In this document: one piece after another, positions 37,713-47,350 of the stretch
Layout of the letters: each line of letters opens with the position of its first letter
How positions within the stretch are numbered: the stretch's first letter is position 1
NCBI GenBank assembly: GCA_023269615.1
Contig: JAHFSY010000020.1
Location: forward strand, 3,873 to 67,872
Direction of reading: 5' to 3'
DNA from: Verrucomicrobiota bacterium
GTDB taxonomy: Bacteria; Verrucomicrobiota; Verrucomicrobiia; JABWAM01
Length of the DNA: 64,000 nt
Position numbers and translations under genes: made by a program
Notes under the pieces: generated by a model
Seen by the model: the letters and a program-made list of their open reading frames with translations, nothing else
Database searches by the model: none
Told to the model about the DNA's origin: nothing

Positions 37713-38916
37713 TTTTGGACTTTGCAGGGTTGCGGATCCGCGTTCTGGCGAACGCGGCTACAAAGCACCTGTCGCTTGTTTCATCGCTGTGTTCCTGGTT
37801 TTCAATGTCAACTTGCTTCGCGCTGGTTCCGCTGATCAGTTTCCCATCGGCATGTATGGATTGACCATGGCTTGCACGAATGATTTTCCAATTTTGAAGG
37901 ATGCGGGGTTCAATTGCGTGCAATCCTATCGCGGATTTGAGCCGCTGGATGGCTTTATGAAGGAATGCGAGCGCCATGGTTTCAAGCTCCTGATCAGTCC
38001 GGGCACGAGTGCGGGGCCGTCATTCAATGAGAACACGATGAAGAATTTCGTGGCCAGGACGGGGACTTCCGCGCCGCTTCTCGGCTGGTACATGATTGAC
38101 GAGCCGGATTTCCAGAAGATTGCGCCGACTGACGTGGAGCGCTGTCGCAACGCGTTGAAATCCACCGGCACGAAGTTTCCCTCGGTGATTGTGCTAAGCG
38201 ATGGCAAGTCGGCGGGATTTTACGCCTCGACGGCGGACATCCTGATGGTGGACTGGTATCCGATCCCGCACCTGCCGCTGGCATCGTTTGGGACGGCGGT
38301 GCGACAGGGCCGTTTCGCGGCCGGGCCTGACAAGCCCGTGTGGGGCGTGGTGCAGGCGTTTGACTGGGTGAGTCTTTTCCCTCGGGCTGGCAGACTCAAC
38401 GCGTCGCGCTTCCCCTCCCGGCAGGAAATGCGGGCGCTGGCGTTGCTTGGGGTCGTGGAAGGAGCGTCGGGGCTTTTCTTCTTTGTGCATCAAGATGGAG
38501 AGAGGCTGGAGCCGATCACCCAGCGCGGGGAGGATTGGAATCGATTGAAGCCCGTGGTGCAGGAACTGGCGCGACAAGCGCCCGTCCTCGGCTCACCCAC
38601 GATCTGGAGTCCGGTGAAGCAACACATTGAGAAGGACAAGCTGCGCTGGCGAAACGTGCTGGGTGACGAGGCGCTCCAGGCGGCACGGAAGAGGTTGAAG
38701 GAAGATCGGGAAGGCTTTGTCGCCGGCGATTATCTGCTCGTCGTCAACACCACATCCGAGCAACGCGCCAGTCAGATCTGGGTGCCCGGATTGAAGGATG
38801 GCGAGGTCAAGGTGGACGGGAAAGATGAGCCGGCCACGATCCACAACGGATGGATCATGGATGATTTTGAGCCGTACGCCACGCGCATCTACGGTCCGTT
38901 GCCGCTGAGGGAGTGA
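37696..38916 (+). CDS. putative secreted TIM-barrel glycoside-hydrolase-like protein; 5' end uncertain
   Basis: ATG at 37696 overlaps the LAB_N gene by 17 nt. Codons 10-22 are a REP-family-2 hairpin, so the true start may lie after it (signal-like ACFIAVFLVFNVNLLRAGSA). Confidence 0.45.
   Translation: MKIKNDFGLCRVADPRSGERGYKAPVACFIAVFLVFNVNLLRAGSADQFPIGMYGLTMACTNDFPILKDAGFNCVQSYRGFEPLDGFMKECERHGFKLLISPGTSAGPSFNENTMKNFVARTGTSAPLLGWYMIDEPDFQKIAPTDVERCRNALKSTGTKFPSVIVLSDGKSAGFYASTADILMVDWYPIPHLPLASFGTAVRQGRFAAGPDKPVWGVVQAFDWVSLFPRAGRLNASRFPSRQEMRALALLGVVEGASGLFFFVHQDGERLEPITQRGEDWNRLKPVVQELARQAPVLGSPTIWSPVKQHIEKDKLRWRNVLGDEALQAARKRLKEDREGFVAGDYLLVVNTTSEQRASQIWVPGLKDGEVKVDGKDEPATIHNGWIMDDFEPYATRIYGPLPLRE
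37738..37763. repeat. REP-family-2 hairpin (ccgcgttctggcgaacgcggctacaa)
   Basis: Lies inside the annotated 5' end of the GH-like ORF. Confidence 0.5.
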
Positions 38917-38943
38917 GAACGCATGGAACATCGATCATTGATC

Positions 38944-41379
38944 ATGGAACATGGCGTGAAACTTGTGCGTGTGTTTTTGGTGTCAGGGTGTCTTTGGCTT
39001 TTTGGATGTGGCAAACCTTCGGCGGTTTCCACTTCGCCTTCCGGCATCGTGCCCGGGCTGGGGGTTGGCATGTCGCGGGTTCACGTGGACAACGGGTCGG
39101 GCGATGTTTGGACGGTGTTTGTGGATGGTCAAAAGGTGTCGGATCTGCCGGCGCATGACATCGTACCGGTGGACGTGAAGTTTGGGAGTCATGTGTTTGA
39201 AGTGAAGCAGGGAGACACGTCACTGGATCGCGTCGAGCAAAAGGTGGCGATGGGTCATGCGTACATTTTCAATCCGAAGGGGCTCAATCGGTACGAGAAA
39301 TTCCAGGCGGTTTACATGACGTGGAGGGAAGCCTTACGCGCGGGGGATATCACCAGTTCGCCTCTGGGAAAGATTGAAGGGCGCAACTGGATTTCCGACG
39401 ACGTGGATTTTGACCTGTTGATGGAGATGCCGTGGAGCGTGCCCCGCGAGTGGAAGACGCCGGTCACCAAGATCAAGATTTTCAAGCTGATGCCGTCGAA
39501 GTTGAGCGGCGAGGAAGCTGCATTGATCCTCACAAAAAACATCCATGCCTACAATTCCACGCATGATTCGCAGAATCTTGGCGTGGCGATCAGCGCCTTG
39601 CGCGAGGCGGGGTTGAATCCCGAACGGGCGGAGATTCTCTTCGCGTGCCTCAATGGCAAGCCGGTGACGGGGCTGGAGGGACAGGCGGTGGAAGCGCTTT
39701 TTGGCTATGTAAACGCGGAACACCTTCCCCGTCTCAAAAAAATGATCCAGGACAAGGCCGTGGCGGCGAAGGCGGAGTCGGAAGTCCTGCCCAACCTCGC
39801 CAGTTTGTTTGTGAGAAGCTACGCGCCATCGGATGTCGTCGAGCTTTACAACCAAGTGAATGACCATGGGCGGTATTGCATCGTGGCCGCCTGCCATGGT
39901 GTTTCGCCCGAGCATTTGAGAATGTTGCAGGTGGAGCTCGGCCCGATCGCGGTTGCATCCGAGGATGGGTATGTCGGCCCGAAGGCACTGGAATTGTTGC
40001 GCAACAAATCACTCGTCCAGGATGCCGGGTTCGTGCGCAAGATCGATGCCAGCATCGCACGGGTGAAGGATGAAAAGGGGAGGCGGTACCGACAGGTTGA
40101 ATGGAACACATTTCTTTCAGACGCCCTGAAGGGCGCGAAAGACGAGGATGCGCTCAAGCGTCTCGCTGAAAACCTGTCATTTCAGGATCCGGAGGTGCAG
40201 GCGCGGGCCGCCTATTCATTGCTCAAATCCGGGAAGGTGGAGGTTGTTGCCGCCGCGTATCCCTCGATGGACCCGAAACTCCGCCGCGAAGTGATGCAGC
40301 GCGTGCGCACCGGAATGCACCAGACGGATGACTGCGCGATGATTGTTCTTGGTTTGAAGGACGAATCGCCCGATGCCCGCCTCGAGGCGTTCAAGGCGGG
40401 TTGTGAGGATTTCTTCATGGTGATGGAGGAGACGCTGCCGTCCCTGATGGCCGCCTCGCGGGCCGAGAAGGATGCCAAGGTTGGCGTTGAGATGAAGAAA
40501 GAGCTCGAGCGATCGGCCACGCGCAACATGTCCAAATTAAAGAACGCCAGTCCGCTGTTGTTCCGGGCCATTGAAGACGGAGATCCTACTCGCGTCATGG
40601 ACGCGGTCCGGAGTCTCGCTGAAAACAAGGAGAAGAAAGACGCCTATTGGAAGGAGTTCCAGGAATTGTACCCCACGGTCCAGCGGCCCGAAAATCGTGC
40701 GGCCATGATGGAATCCGCGGTTTTCTTTTTCCCTGGTGACAACGAGCGCATTGGATTTTACATGAAGGGGTTGCTGGATTCGTCGCCCAAGGTTCGCGAG
40801 CGCGCCTTCGGCCAGTTCCGGACCATGTTTTCGTCGCTTTCCGATGAGCAGCGTCAAGTGGTGGAGAAAGCTGTCGTGGGGGAAAAGGAGGCTGCCTTGC
40901 GAAAGAGCATGATGCGGGATTACAAATTGTCGGTATTAAGCTGGATGCGCAACAGCACCGTGAGTGAGGTCAGCGAGGAAAGGAAGGAGGCCCAGGCGTG
41001 CGAATACGTTCAGGATGATGAAGAGAAAGTTGTCAGGGAGGCCGCCCTGTTGCTCAGCAGCACCCAATCCGCGACCAAGTCAGCCCAGGTGATGTCAGCC
41101 TTGATCAAGGCATACCCCAAGGCCTCTAAGGAAGCGAAAGACGCGGTCCTTGCCGCTCTCGCCTGGCATGAGGGCGCGGATGTCATGGAAACACTTCGCG
41201 TTGCGCTGAACGACCCCGATGCTTTTGTGCGACGCTCGGCGTTCGACAGCCTGCGCTGGCGGTGGGAACAACGGAAAGATGCTGCGGCATTGGAGATGAT
41301 CAAATCCGCCGCAGGCTCGGAGAAACATGACTCCTTGCGTCAAAGCATGCAGGATTACATCAAGAACTCCCCAAAATAG
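38944..41379 (+). CDS. large HEAT/ARM-repeat lipoprotein
   Basis: Lipobox LWLFGCG. HEAT-like repeats (DPEVQARAAYSL, DESPDARLEAF, LNDPDAFVRRSAF). Confidence 0.6.
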   Translation: MEHGVKLVRVFLVSGCLWLFGCGKPSAVSTSPSGIVPGLGVGMSRVHVDNGSGDVWTVFVDGQKVSDLPAHDIVPVDVKFGSHVFEVKQGDTSLDRVEQKVAMGHAYIFNPKGLNRYEKFQAVYMTWREALRAGDITSSPLGKIEGRNWISDDVDFDLLMEMPWSVPREWKTPVTKIKIFKLMPSKLSGEEAALILTKNIHAYNSTHDSQNLGVAISALREAGLNPERAEILFACLNGKPVTGLEGQAVEALFGYVNAEHLPRLKKMIQDKAVAAKAESEVLPNLASLFVRSYAPSDVVELYNQVNDHGRYCIVAACHGVSPEHLRMLQVELGPIAVASEDGYVGPKALELLRNKSLVQDAGFVRKIDASIARVKDEKGRRYRQVEWNTFLSDALKGAKDEDALKRLAENLSFQDPEVQARAAYSLLKSGKVEVVAAAYPSMDPKLRREVMQRVRTGMHQTDDCAMIVLGLKDESPDARLEAFKAGCEDFFMVMEETLPSLMAASRAEKDAKVGVEMKKELERSATRNMSKLKNASPLLFRAIEDGDPTRVMDAVRSLAENKEKKDAYWKEFQELYPTVQRPENRAAMMESAVFFFPGDNERIGFYMKGLLDSSPKVRERAFGQFRTMFSSLSDEQRQVVEKAVVGEKEAALRKSMMRDYKLSVLSWMRNSTVSEVSEERKEAQACEYVQDDEEKVVREAALLLSSTQSATKSAQVMSALIKAYPKASKEAKDAVLAALAWHEGADVMETLRVALNDPDAFVRRSAFDSLRWRWEQRKDAAALEMIKSAAGSEKHDSLRQSMQDYIKNSPK

Positions 41380-41399
41380 CGGTTGCCGAGTTCATCGAG

Positions 41400-41930
41400 T
41401 CACACTGAGGACGATTTTCGGGCTTCCAAGTGCTGCAATCTCAGAAGATCGGCCCGGTCCTGTTCGCGGTACGTTTGCTTGCTGCGGATGAGGTCGGCAA
41501 GGCCAAGGTAGGGAATCCGGACCTTGTCCACTTCGGTGGCGAGGGCCTGCGGGATTGCTTCGGCGAACGTGACAACCCACGCACGACGGCTGACATCCAC
41601 TTCCACCTCATCTGCAATCTTCACGACCACGTTGTTGCGGATGTCGGCGGGGACTAATTCGGCAGCCGCGCCATCTTCCATTTCAGCCAGCGCGGCGATG
41701 ACTTTTGCGTAATTCTCATCCGATTCCTCAACCAGGATGTCCACATCCTCCGTGGTCCGGACCATCCCGTGCAGAATGCAGGCATGCCCTCCCGCCACGA
41801 GGTATTTTGCACCATGCTTGTTCAGGAGTGAGCAGACTCGAACCAGCGGGTTTGGACCGTCCTCTCGGTGCTGGGCGGCCATGCTGTTACCAAAGTCGTG
41901 GGTTGGACTGGCTTCTTCGCCAGCTTTCAT
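41400..41930 (-). CDS. small nucleotidyltransferase-fold protein (ANT(2'')/Pol-beta-like minimal NTase)
   Basis: GAKYLVAGGHACILHGMVRTTEDVDILVE matches the GG ... hG ... R.T.DIDI nucleotidyltransferase motif. GGAGG SD before the ATG. Confidence 0.6.
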   Translation of the reverse strand: MKAGEEASPTHDFGNSMAAQHREDGPNPLVRVCSLLNKHGAKYLVAGGHACILHGMVRTTEDVDILVEESDENYAKVIAALAEMEDGAAAELVPADIRNNVVVKIADEVEVDVSRRAWVVTFAEAIPQALATEVDKVRIPYLGLADLIRSKQTYREQDRADLLRLQHLEARKSSSV

Positions 41931-42102
41931 ATTCCTCCCACGACCGGGCCTTGAAGACGAAGCCGCGGGGCCGCGGATGGGGATTGAGGTGGTCGGCCCG
42001 CCTCTGGAGAAGGGTGGCGCGACGATAACATTCCGCAGGTGAGGAAACATCCAGCCTGTTCCTCCGTCCAACCACCTTGATTTTTTCCACGTCCTGCATC
42101 AA
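41887..42102 (-). CDS. small ORF (71 aa) overlapping the 5' end of the NTase gene; possible partner gene
   Basis: ATG ORF whose 3' end overlaps the NTase start by about 44 nt. No recognisable motif. Confidence 0.25.
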   Translation of the reverse strand: MMQDVEKIKVVGRRNRLDVSSPAECYRRATLLQRRADHLNPHPRPRGFVFKARSWEEYESWRRSQSNPRLW

Positions 42103-42231
42103 CGCACCATAGCCTGATGGCCGTGGGACGTCAATTCAGCGAACAGGCACGCAGTTGAGCCAGATTCATGGGAGCGCCTGATTTGGAGAAACCCGCTCGA
42201 CACCCCGAAATGTCAAAGCTAGGTTCGGCGC

Positions 42232-43491
42232 ATGGCTGTGTCGGCATCTTCCAGCAGGCGGACAAAAAAACGTGGGGATGGAAATGGGCGCAAAGGAGCG
42301 TTTCTCCTCACCATCAATGCCGGATCTTCGAGTCTCAAGTTTGCTCTGTTCCGTGCCGATGTTTCGCTCACCCGCGTTTTGCGCGGAGGCGTGGAACGCA
42401 TCGGGTTGGAAGATTCAGCTTTCTCGGTAACGGATCTTGTGAGCGGGGAAACGGAACGCCGCCCGGTCCGCGCGCCTTCTCACGGGAGCTGTATTGACAT
42501 GCTGCTGGATTTGATCGAACGCAAAGCGGGTCCTGATGGCGTGAAGGCAATCGGCCATCGGCTGGTGCATGGCGGACCAAGCTACGCCGAGCCACAGCGC
42601 GTCACGACGGAGATGATCGAGGAGCTGCGTCGTCTCATCCCGCTCGCGATGGAGCATCTGCCGTCGGAGATTGAATGGATCGAGGCTTTTTCGAAACGCT
42701 ATCCCAAGTGCCCGCAGGTGGCATGCTTCGACACGGCCTTTCATTCCGATCTTCCGAGGGTGTCGCGCATGCTTCCCTTGCCGCGACGCCTTGAGGCGCT
42801 GGGGCTGCGGCGTTATGGGTTTCACGGGTTGTCGTATGAATTCCTAATGCAGGAGCTCTCGCGGCTGGACCCCGCGACGTCGGGTGGCCGTCGCGTGATC
42901 CTTGCGCATCTTGGGAACGGGGCGAGCATGGCGGCGGTGCGCGATGGAAAATGCGTGGACACCAGCATGGGATTCACCCCGGCGGCAGGATTGGTCATGG
43001 GAAAACGGACGGGAGACCTTGATCCCGGGATTTTCATTCATCTGGCCCGCACCGAAAAAATGTCGGCCGACGAATTTCATCGGATGGTGAACCAGCAGTC
43101 CGGATTGCTTGGTGTTTCCGGGGCAAGTTCCGATATGCGGGAATTGCTGGCGTTGGAGTCGTCCGATGTGAGAGCGGCGGAGGCGATTGCGCTGTTCTGT
43201 CATCAGGCGCGGAAATGGATTGGTTCGTATGCGGCCGTGCTGGGAGGATTGGATACGCTTGTGTTTGCGGGTGGCATCGGGGAGAACTGCTCGACGGTTC
43301 GCTCGCGCATTTGCGATGGGCTGGGATTTCTTGGCATCGAACTCGATGAGGGTCGCAACCAGGCCAATGCCCCGGTCATTTCCGGCGCCGGCGGTAAAAC
43401 CGTGGCGCGAGTCATCCGTACGGATGAGGAACTGATGATTGCGAGATCTGTAGAGAAAATTCTCTCGAACAAACTGAGAAAGGCTGGTTGA
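42232..43491 (+). CDS. ackA: acetate kinase
   Basis: LTINAGSSSLKFALF with full ASKHA-fold conservation. The ATG at 42232 gives a ~25-aa basic N-terminal extension, so the start is uncertain. Confidence 0.85.
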   Translation: MAVSASSSRRTKKRGDGNGRKGAFLLTINAGSSSLKFALFRADVSLTRVLRGGVERIGLEDSAFSVTDLVSGETERRPVRAPSHGSCIDMLLDLIERKAGPDGVKAIGHRLVHGGPSYAEPQRVTTEMIEELRRLIPLAMEHLPSEIEWIEAFSKRYPKCPQVACFDTAFHSDLPRVSRMLPLPRRLEALGLRRYGFHGLSYEFLMQELSRLDPATSGGRRVILAHLGNGASMAAVRDGKCVDTSMGFTPAAGLVMGKRTGDLDPGIFIHLARTEKMSADEFHRMVNQQSGLLGVSGASSDMRELLALESSDVRAAEAIALFCHQARKWIGSYAAVLGGLDTLVFAGGIGENCSTVRSRICDGLGFLGIELDEGRNQANAPVISGAGGKTVARVIRTDEELMIARSVEKILSNKLRKAG

Positions 43492-43611
43492 GCCACGGAT
43501 GAAACACGGATTGAACACGGATTTCGTCCCGCCACGGCGGGACTGCAACCCATCGGCTCGGGTGTGCCCGAGCCGCACGTCCCTGCCTATCCGTGTTTCA
43601 TCTGTGGCTCA
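43489..43611. promoter_or_regulatory. structured ackA-xfp spacer: 23-bp inverted repeat (tgagccacggatgaaacacggat / atccgtgtttcatctgtggctca) around two 8-bp-stem hairpins
   Basis: Arms match at 22 of 23 positions. Inner hairpins gtcccgcc acg gcgggac and ggctcggg tgtg cccgagcc. aacacggat is repeated. Confidence 0.5.
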
Positions 43612-43638
43612 ACCATGCTTGAATTCACAGTCAATCTC

Positions 43639-46011
43639 ATGAAAACCAAACCTTTGACGACCGACATGCTGCGACGGATGGATGCCTATTGGCGGGCGGC
43701 GAATTATTTGTCCGTCGGGCAGATCTATCTCCTCGACAATCCGCTCCTGAAAAAGCCGTTGAAGATTGAACACGTGAAGCCGCGCCTGCTCGGGCATTGG
43801 GGCACGACTCCCGGTTTGAATTTCATCTACGTTCATTTCAACCGCGTGATCAAGCAGCACGACCTGAGCGTGATCTACGTCACGGGCCCCGGTCATGGAG
43901 GGCCGGCCCTGGTCGCAAACACTTATCTCGAAGGGGTTTACAGCGAGGTTTATCCTGATATCTCGCAGGATGAGGAGGGGATCAGGCGGCTCTTCAAGCA
44001 ATTTTCATTTCCGGGCGGCATTCCGAGCCATGTTGCGCCCGAGACGCCGGGATCCATTCACGAGGGCGGAGAACTGGGTTATGCGCTCACGCACGCGTAC
44101 GGGGCAGTGTTCGACAATCCCGACCTGCTCGCTCTTTGCGTGGTCGGCGATGGCGAGGCCGAGACGGGGCCGCTCGCGGCGAGCTGGCATTCAAACAAGT
44201 TTCTCAATCCCGTTCACGATGGCGCGGTGCTGCCGATCCTGCATTTGAACGGCTATAAAATTGCCGGCCCGACCGTGCTCGCCCGACTGCCGCATGAGGA
44301 ACTGGAGGCGCTGTTTCGCGGCTACGGCTACGAGCCGTTTTTCGTCGAGGGCGACAAGCCCGCTGAAATGCACCAACGAATGGCCGCCACGCTTGACCGC
44401 GTCATTTCCAAAATCAAAGCCATTCAACGCATGGCCCGGGGCGGGGGATTCAAGAAGCGTCCACAGTGGCCGATGATTGTTTTCCGCACGCCGAAAGGAT
44501 GGACGGGACCGAAGATGGTGGATGGCAAAAAAATCGAGGGCACCTTTCGCGCCCACCAGGTGCCGATCAGCGGGATGGCTGGGCGTGGACATGTCAGAAT
44601 CCTGGAGCAATGGATGAAGGGATATCGTCCCGCGGAGCTCTTCGATAAAAATGGACGTTTGCGCACGGAGCTTGCCGAGCTTGCGCCCAGCGGCGCGCGG
44701 CGCATGGGTGCGAACCCGCACGCCAATGGAGGATCTCTTCTGCGCGATTTGCGCTTGCCCGATTTCCGTGATTATGCGGTGAAGGTGAAAAGACCCGGGG
44801 CGACGGCGGCGGAGGCAACGCGCGTGCAGGGGGAGTTCATTCGTGATGTGATCCAGCAAAATGCCGACCATCGCAATTTTCGCGTCTTCAGCCCGGACGA
44901 AACGGCATCCAACCGATGGAACGCCGTCTTCGAAGTCACGAAACGGGTTTCAACAGGCGAAATTCTTCGCAGCGATGAGAATATCTCGCCGGATGGCCGC
45001 GTGATGGAGGTCTTGAGCGAGCATCTCTGCCAGGGCTGGCTCGAGGGATATCTCCTCACCGGACGCCACGGTTTCTTTTCCTGCTACGAGGCGTTTATTC
45101 ACATCATTGACTCGATGTTCAACCAGCATGCGAAATGGTTGAAGACGACGCGGGGAATTCCGTGGCGCCGCCCCATCGCCTCACTGAACTACCTTCTGAC
45201 CTCGCACGTCTGGCGCCAGGACCACAACGGGTTCAGTCACCAGGATCCCGGGTTCATCGACCACGTGGTGAACAAGAAGGCCGAGATCATCCGCGTGTAT
45301 CTGCCGCCCGACGCGAACACGCTGTTATCGGTCACGGACCACTGCCTGCGGAGTCGCAATTATGTGAATGTGATCGTGGCGGGGAAACAGCCTGCGCCCC
45401 AGTGGTTGAACATGGATGCGGCGATCAAGCATTGCGAGCAAGGCATTGGCATCTGGGATTGGGCGGGCAACGACCGCGGAGGCGAGCCCGACGTGGTGAT
45501 GGCCTGCTGCGGGGACGTGCCCACGCTGGAGACGCTTGCGGCCGTGGAGCTGTTGCAAAAGAAGATTCCCAAGTTACGCATTCGCGTGATCAACGTCGTG
45601 GACCTGATGACGTTGCAGCCGCAAAGCGAGCATCCGCACGGGCTGAGCGATCGCGAATACGATTCATTGTTCACCAAAGACAAGCCGATCATCTTCGCGT
45701 TCCACGGATATCCGTGGCTGATCCATCGCCTGACGTATCGGCGCAACAGCCACAAAAATCTGCACGTGCGCGGGTACAAGGAAGAGGGGACGACGACCAC
45801 GCCATTCGACATGGTGGTGCTGAATGATCTCGACCGTTTTCACCTGGCCGAGGATGTGATTGATCGTGTCGAGAAACTCGGGTCACAAGGCGCATACGCA
45901 AAACAGTTCATCCGCGACAAATTGATCGAGCACAAACAATACATCGAGCAACACGGCGAGGATATGCCGGAAATCCAGAATTGGAAATGGGGAGGCAACC
46001 AATCGCGGTAG
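43639..46011 (+). CDS. xfp: xylulose-5-phosphate/fructose-6-phosphate phosphoketolase
   Basis: [18 protein letters not shown] ... [11 protein letters not shown] ... EGGELGY TPP-binding motifs. 790 aa from the ATG at 43639. Confidence 0.9.
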   Translation: MKTKPLTTDMLRRMDAYWRAANYLSVGQIYLLDNPLLKKPLKIEHVKPRLLGHWGTTPGLNFIYVHFNRVIKQHDLSVIYVTGPGHGGPALVANTYLEGVYSEVYPDISQDEEGIRRLFKQFSFPGGIPSHVAPETPGSIHEGGELGYALTHAYGAVFDNPDLLALCVVGDGEAETGPLAASWHSNKFLNPVHDGAVLPILHLNGYKIAGPTVLARLPHEELEALFRGYGYEPFFVEGDKPAEMHQRMAATLDRVISKIKAIQRMARGGGFKKRPQWPMIVFRTPKGWTGPKMVDGKKIEGTFRAHQVPISGMAGRGHVRILEQWMKGYRPAELFDKNGRLRTELAELAPSGARRMGANPHANGGSLLRDLRLPDFRDYAVKVKRPGATAAEATRVQGEFIRDVIQQNADHRNFRVFSPDETASNRWNAVFEVTKRVSTGEILRSDENISPDGRVMEVLSEHLCQGWLEGYLLTGRHGFFSCYEAFIHIIDSMFNQHAKWLKTTRGIPWRRPIASLNYLLTSHVWRQDHNGFSHQDPGFIDHVVNKKAEIIRVYLPPDANTLLSVTDHCLRSRNYVNVIVAGKQPAPQWLNMDAAIKHCEQGIGIWDWAGNDRGGEPDVVMACCGDVPTLETLAAVELLQKKIPKLRIRVINVVDLMTLQPQSEHPHGLSDREYDSLFTKDKPIIFAFHGYPWLIHRLTYRRNSHKNLHVRGYKEEGTTTTPFDMVVLNDLDRFHLAEDVIDRVEKLGSQGAYAKQFIRDKLIEHKQYIEQHGEDMPEIQNWKWGGNQSR

Positions 46012-46016
46012 CGAAC

Positions 46017-46496
46017 TCAGATCTTCCCGAGCTGCGCCAGGTATTTTGGATCCTCGCCATCAAAAATTTCACGTCCGCCGAGCTCGAAGGCGCGTGTCAG
46101 GCTTTTTGCGGCTTCCTCCATGTGTCCCATTTCAAATTCGGCCTGGCCCAGGCGCAGGTGGACGGCGGGGGACTGGTCGGCGCCCGGGCATTTGAGGGTG
46201 GTCAGAGCTGATCGACGGCACAGGTCGAATTTTCCCTGGTTGAAGTACACGTCGTTGCGGCAGCTGTAGAGATAAGTTGCCGCCTCATAATCAAAAATGT
46301 GTCCGGGCTGTTCACTCAGGATGATCATCGCGCCGGCATACTTGGACATGGCGCCATACAATCTTCCCGCTTGATACATCGCATCGCCTTCCTCGCAGAG
46401 ACGGCTGATCTGCGCCTGGACCTCGTCGCTCAGGGCGTTCACGAAGCCATACGCCGTTCGCATTCTTTTGGAGATGAGCGGGGTGGGGGATGACAT
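46017..46496 (-). CDS. TPR-like repeat protein
   Basis: Helical repeats with small/large residue periodicity (YQAGRLYGAMSKYAGA ... YLYSCRNDVYFNQGKFD). Confidence 0.55.
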   Translation of the reverse strand: MSSPTPLISKRMRTAYGFVNALSDEVQAQISRLCEEGDAMYQAGRLYGAMSKYAGAMIILSEQPGHIFDYEAATYLYSCRNDVYFNQGKFDLCRRSALTTLKCPGADQSPAVHLRLGQAEFEMGHMEEAAKSLTRAFELGGREIFDGEDPKYLAQLGKI

Positions 46497-46604
46497 GGCG
46501 GGATTTCCGGATAGGGCATGCGATGATTGAAATCAAGGTGTGGGAGTGGCTGAGTCAGGGTAACGCATTTGGTAACGCATTTGGATTTGACATTATATTT
46601 GCCA

Positions 46605-46700
46605 GCCATTTTTGTGCTTTTTGCGCCTCTTTGCGGCCATATTCCGACGTAACAAATGCAGGGATTTGCCACAAAGAGGCGCAAGGAGCACAAAGATGCC
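46605..46700. repeat. hairpin repeat H, copy 3
   Basis: ttttgtgctttttgcgcctctttgcggcc ... gccacaaagaggcgcaaggagcacaaaga. Preceded by ggtaacgcattt x2. Confidence 0.6.
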
Positions 46701-46812
46701 AGCGGCAGCTCCATTCCCAGTCCGAATGTGCAGGCAGTGATTCCATGCCTGGACATAGATACCGCAGATGTGGGCTGGATTTTTTGCCGCGGATGAATTT
46801 GAATGGGGACCT

Positions 46813-47211
46813 ATGGCGAAAATACTTTTGGTGGAGGACAATGAAATGAACCGTGACATGCTTTCGCGGCGGCTCATCCGCAAGGGCTACGAGGTGGTGA
46901 TCGCGGTGGATGGCGGGCAGGGCGTGGCGATGGCGAAGTCGGAGAAGCCGGACCTGATCCTCATGGACATGAGCCTGCCGGTGATTGATGGCTGGGAGGC
47001 GACGCGGCAGGTGAAGGCTGCTGAGGAAACCAAGGCGATTCCCGTGATCGCGCTCACGGCGCACGCGATGTCCGGCGACCGCGAAAAGGCGCTCGAGGCC
47101 GGGTGCAACGATTACGACACCAAGCCGATCGAGCTGCCGAGGTTGCTTTCCAAGATTGAAACGCTATTGGGCGGAAAAGCGGCAAGTGGGACGGGGACCG
47201 CAGCGGCTTGA
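46813..47211 (+). CDS. single-domain CheY-like response-regulator receiver
   Basis: ILLVEDNEMNRDML ... DLILMDMSLPVIDG ... ALTAHA with conserved D/D/T/K positions. Confidence 0.8.
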   Translation: MAKILLVEDNEMNRDMLSRRLIRKGYEVVIAVDGGQGVAMAKSEKPDLILMDMSLPVIDGWEATRQVKAAEETKAIPVIALTAHAMSGDREKALEAGCNDYDTKPIELPRLLSKIETLLGGKAASGTGTAAA

Positions 47212-47275
47212 TGTAGCCACGCTCGCCAGAGCGTGGTCGGCCGCTCCGGAACCGCGTTCTTGCGAACGCGGCCAC
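47211..47275. repeat. REP-family-2 double hairpin (tgtagccacgctcgccagagcgtggtc ... ccgcgttcttgcgaacgcggcc)
   Basis: Two adjacent stem-loops of the family-2 type. Confidence 0.5.
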
Positions 47276-47350
47276 AGTTTCAGTGTCCCCACAGTTCCAG
47301 CTTGAAGCGGGCGGTGGATGGTTGCACATTGAGGGCGCTCCCCAACCGAC

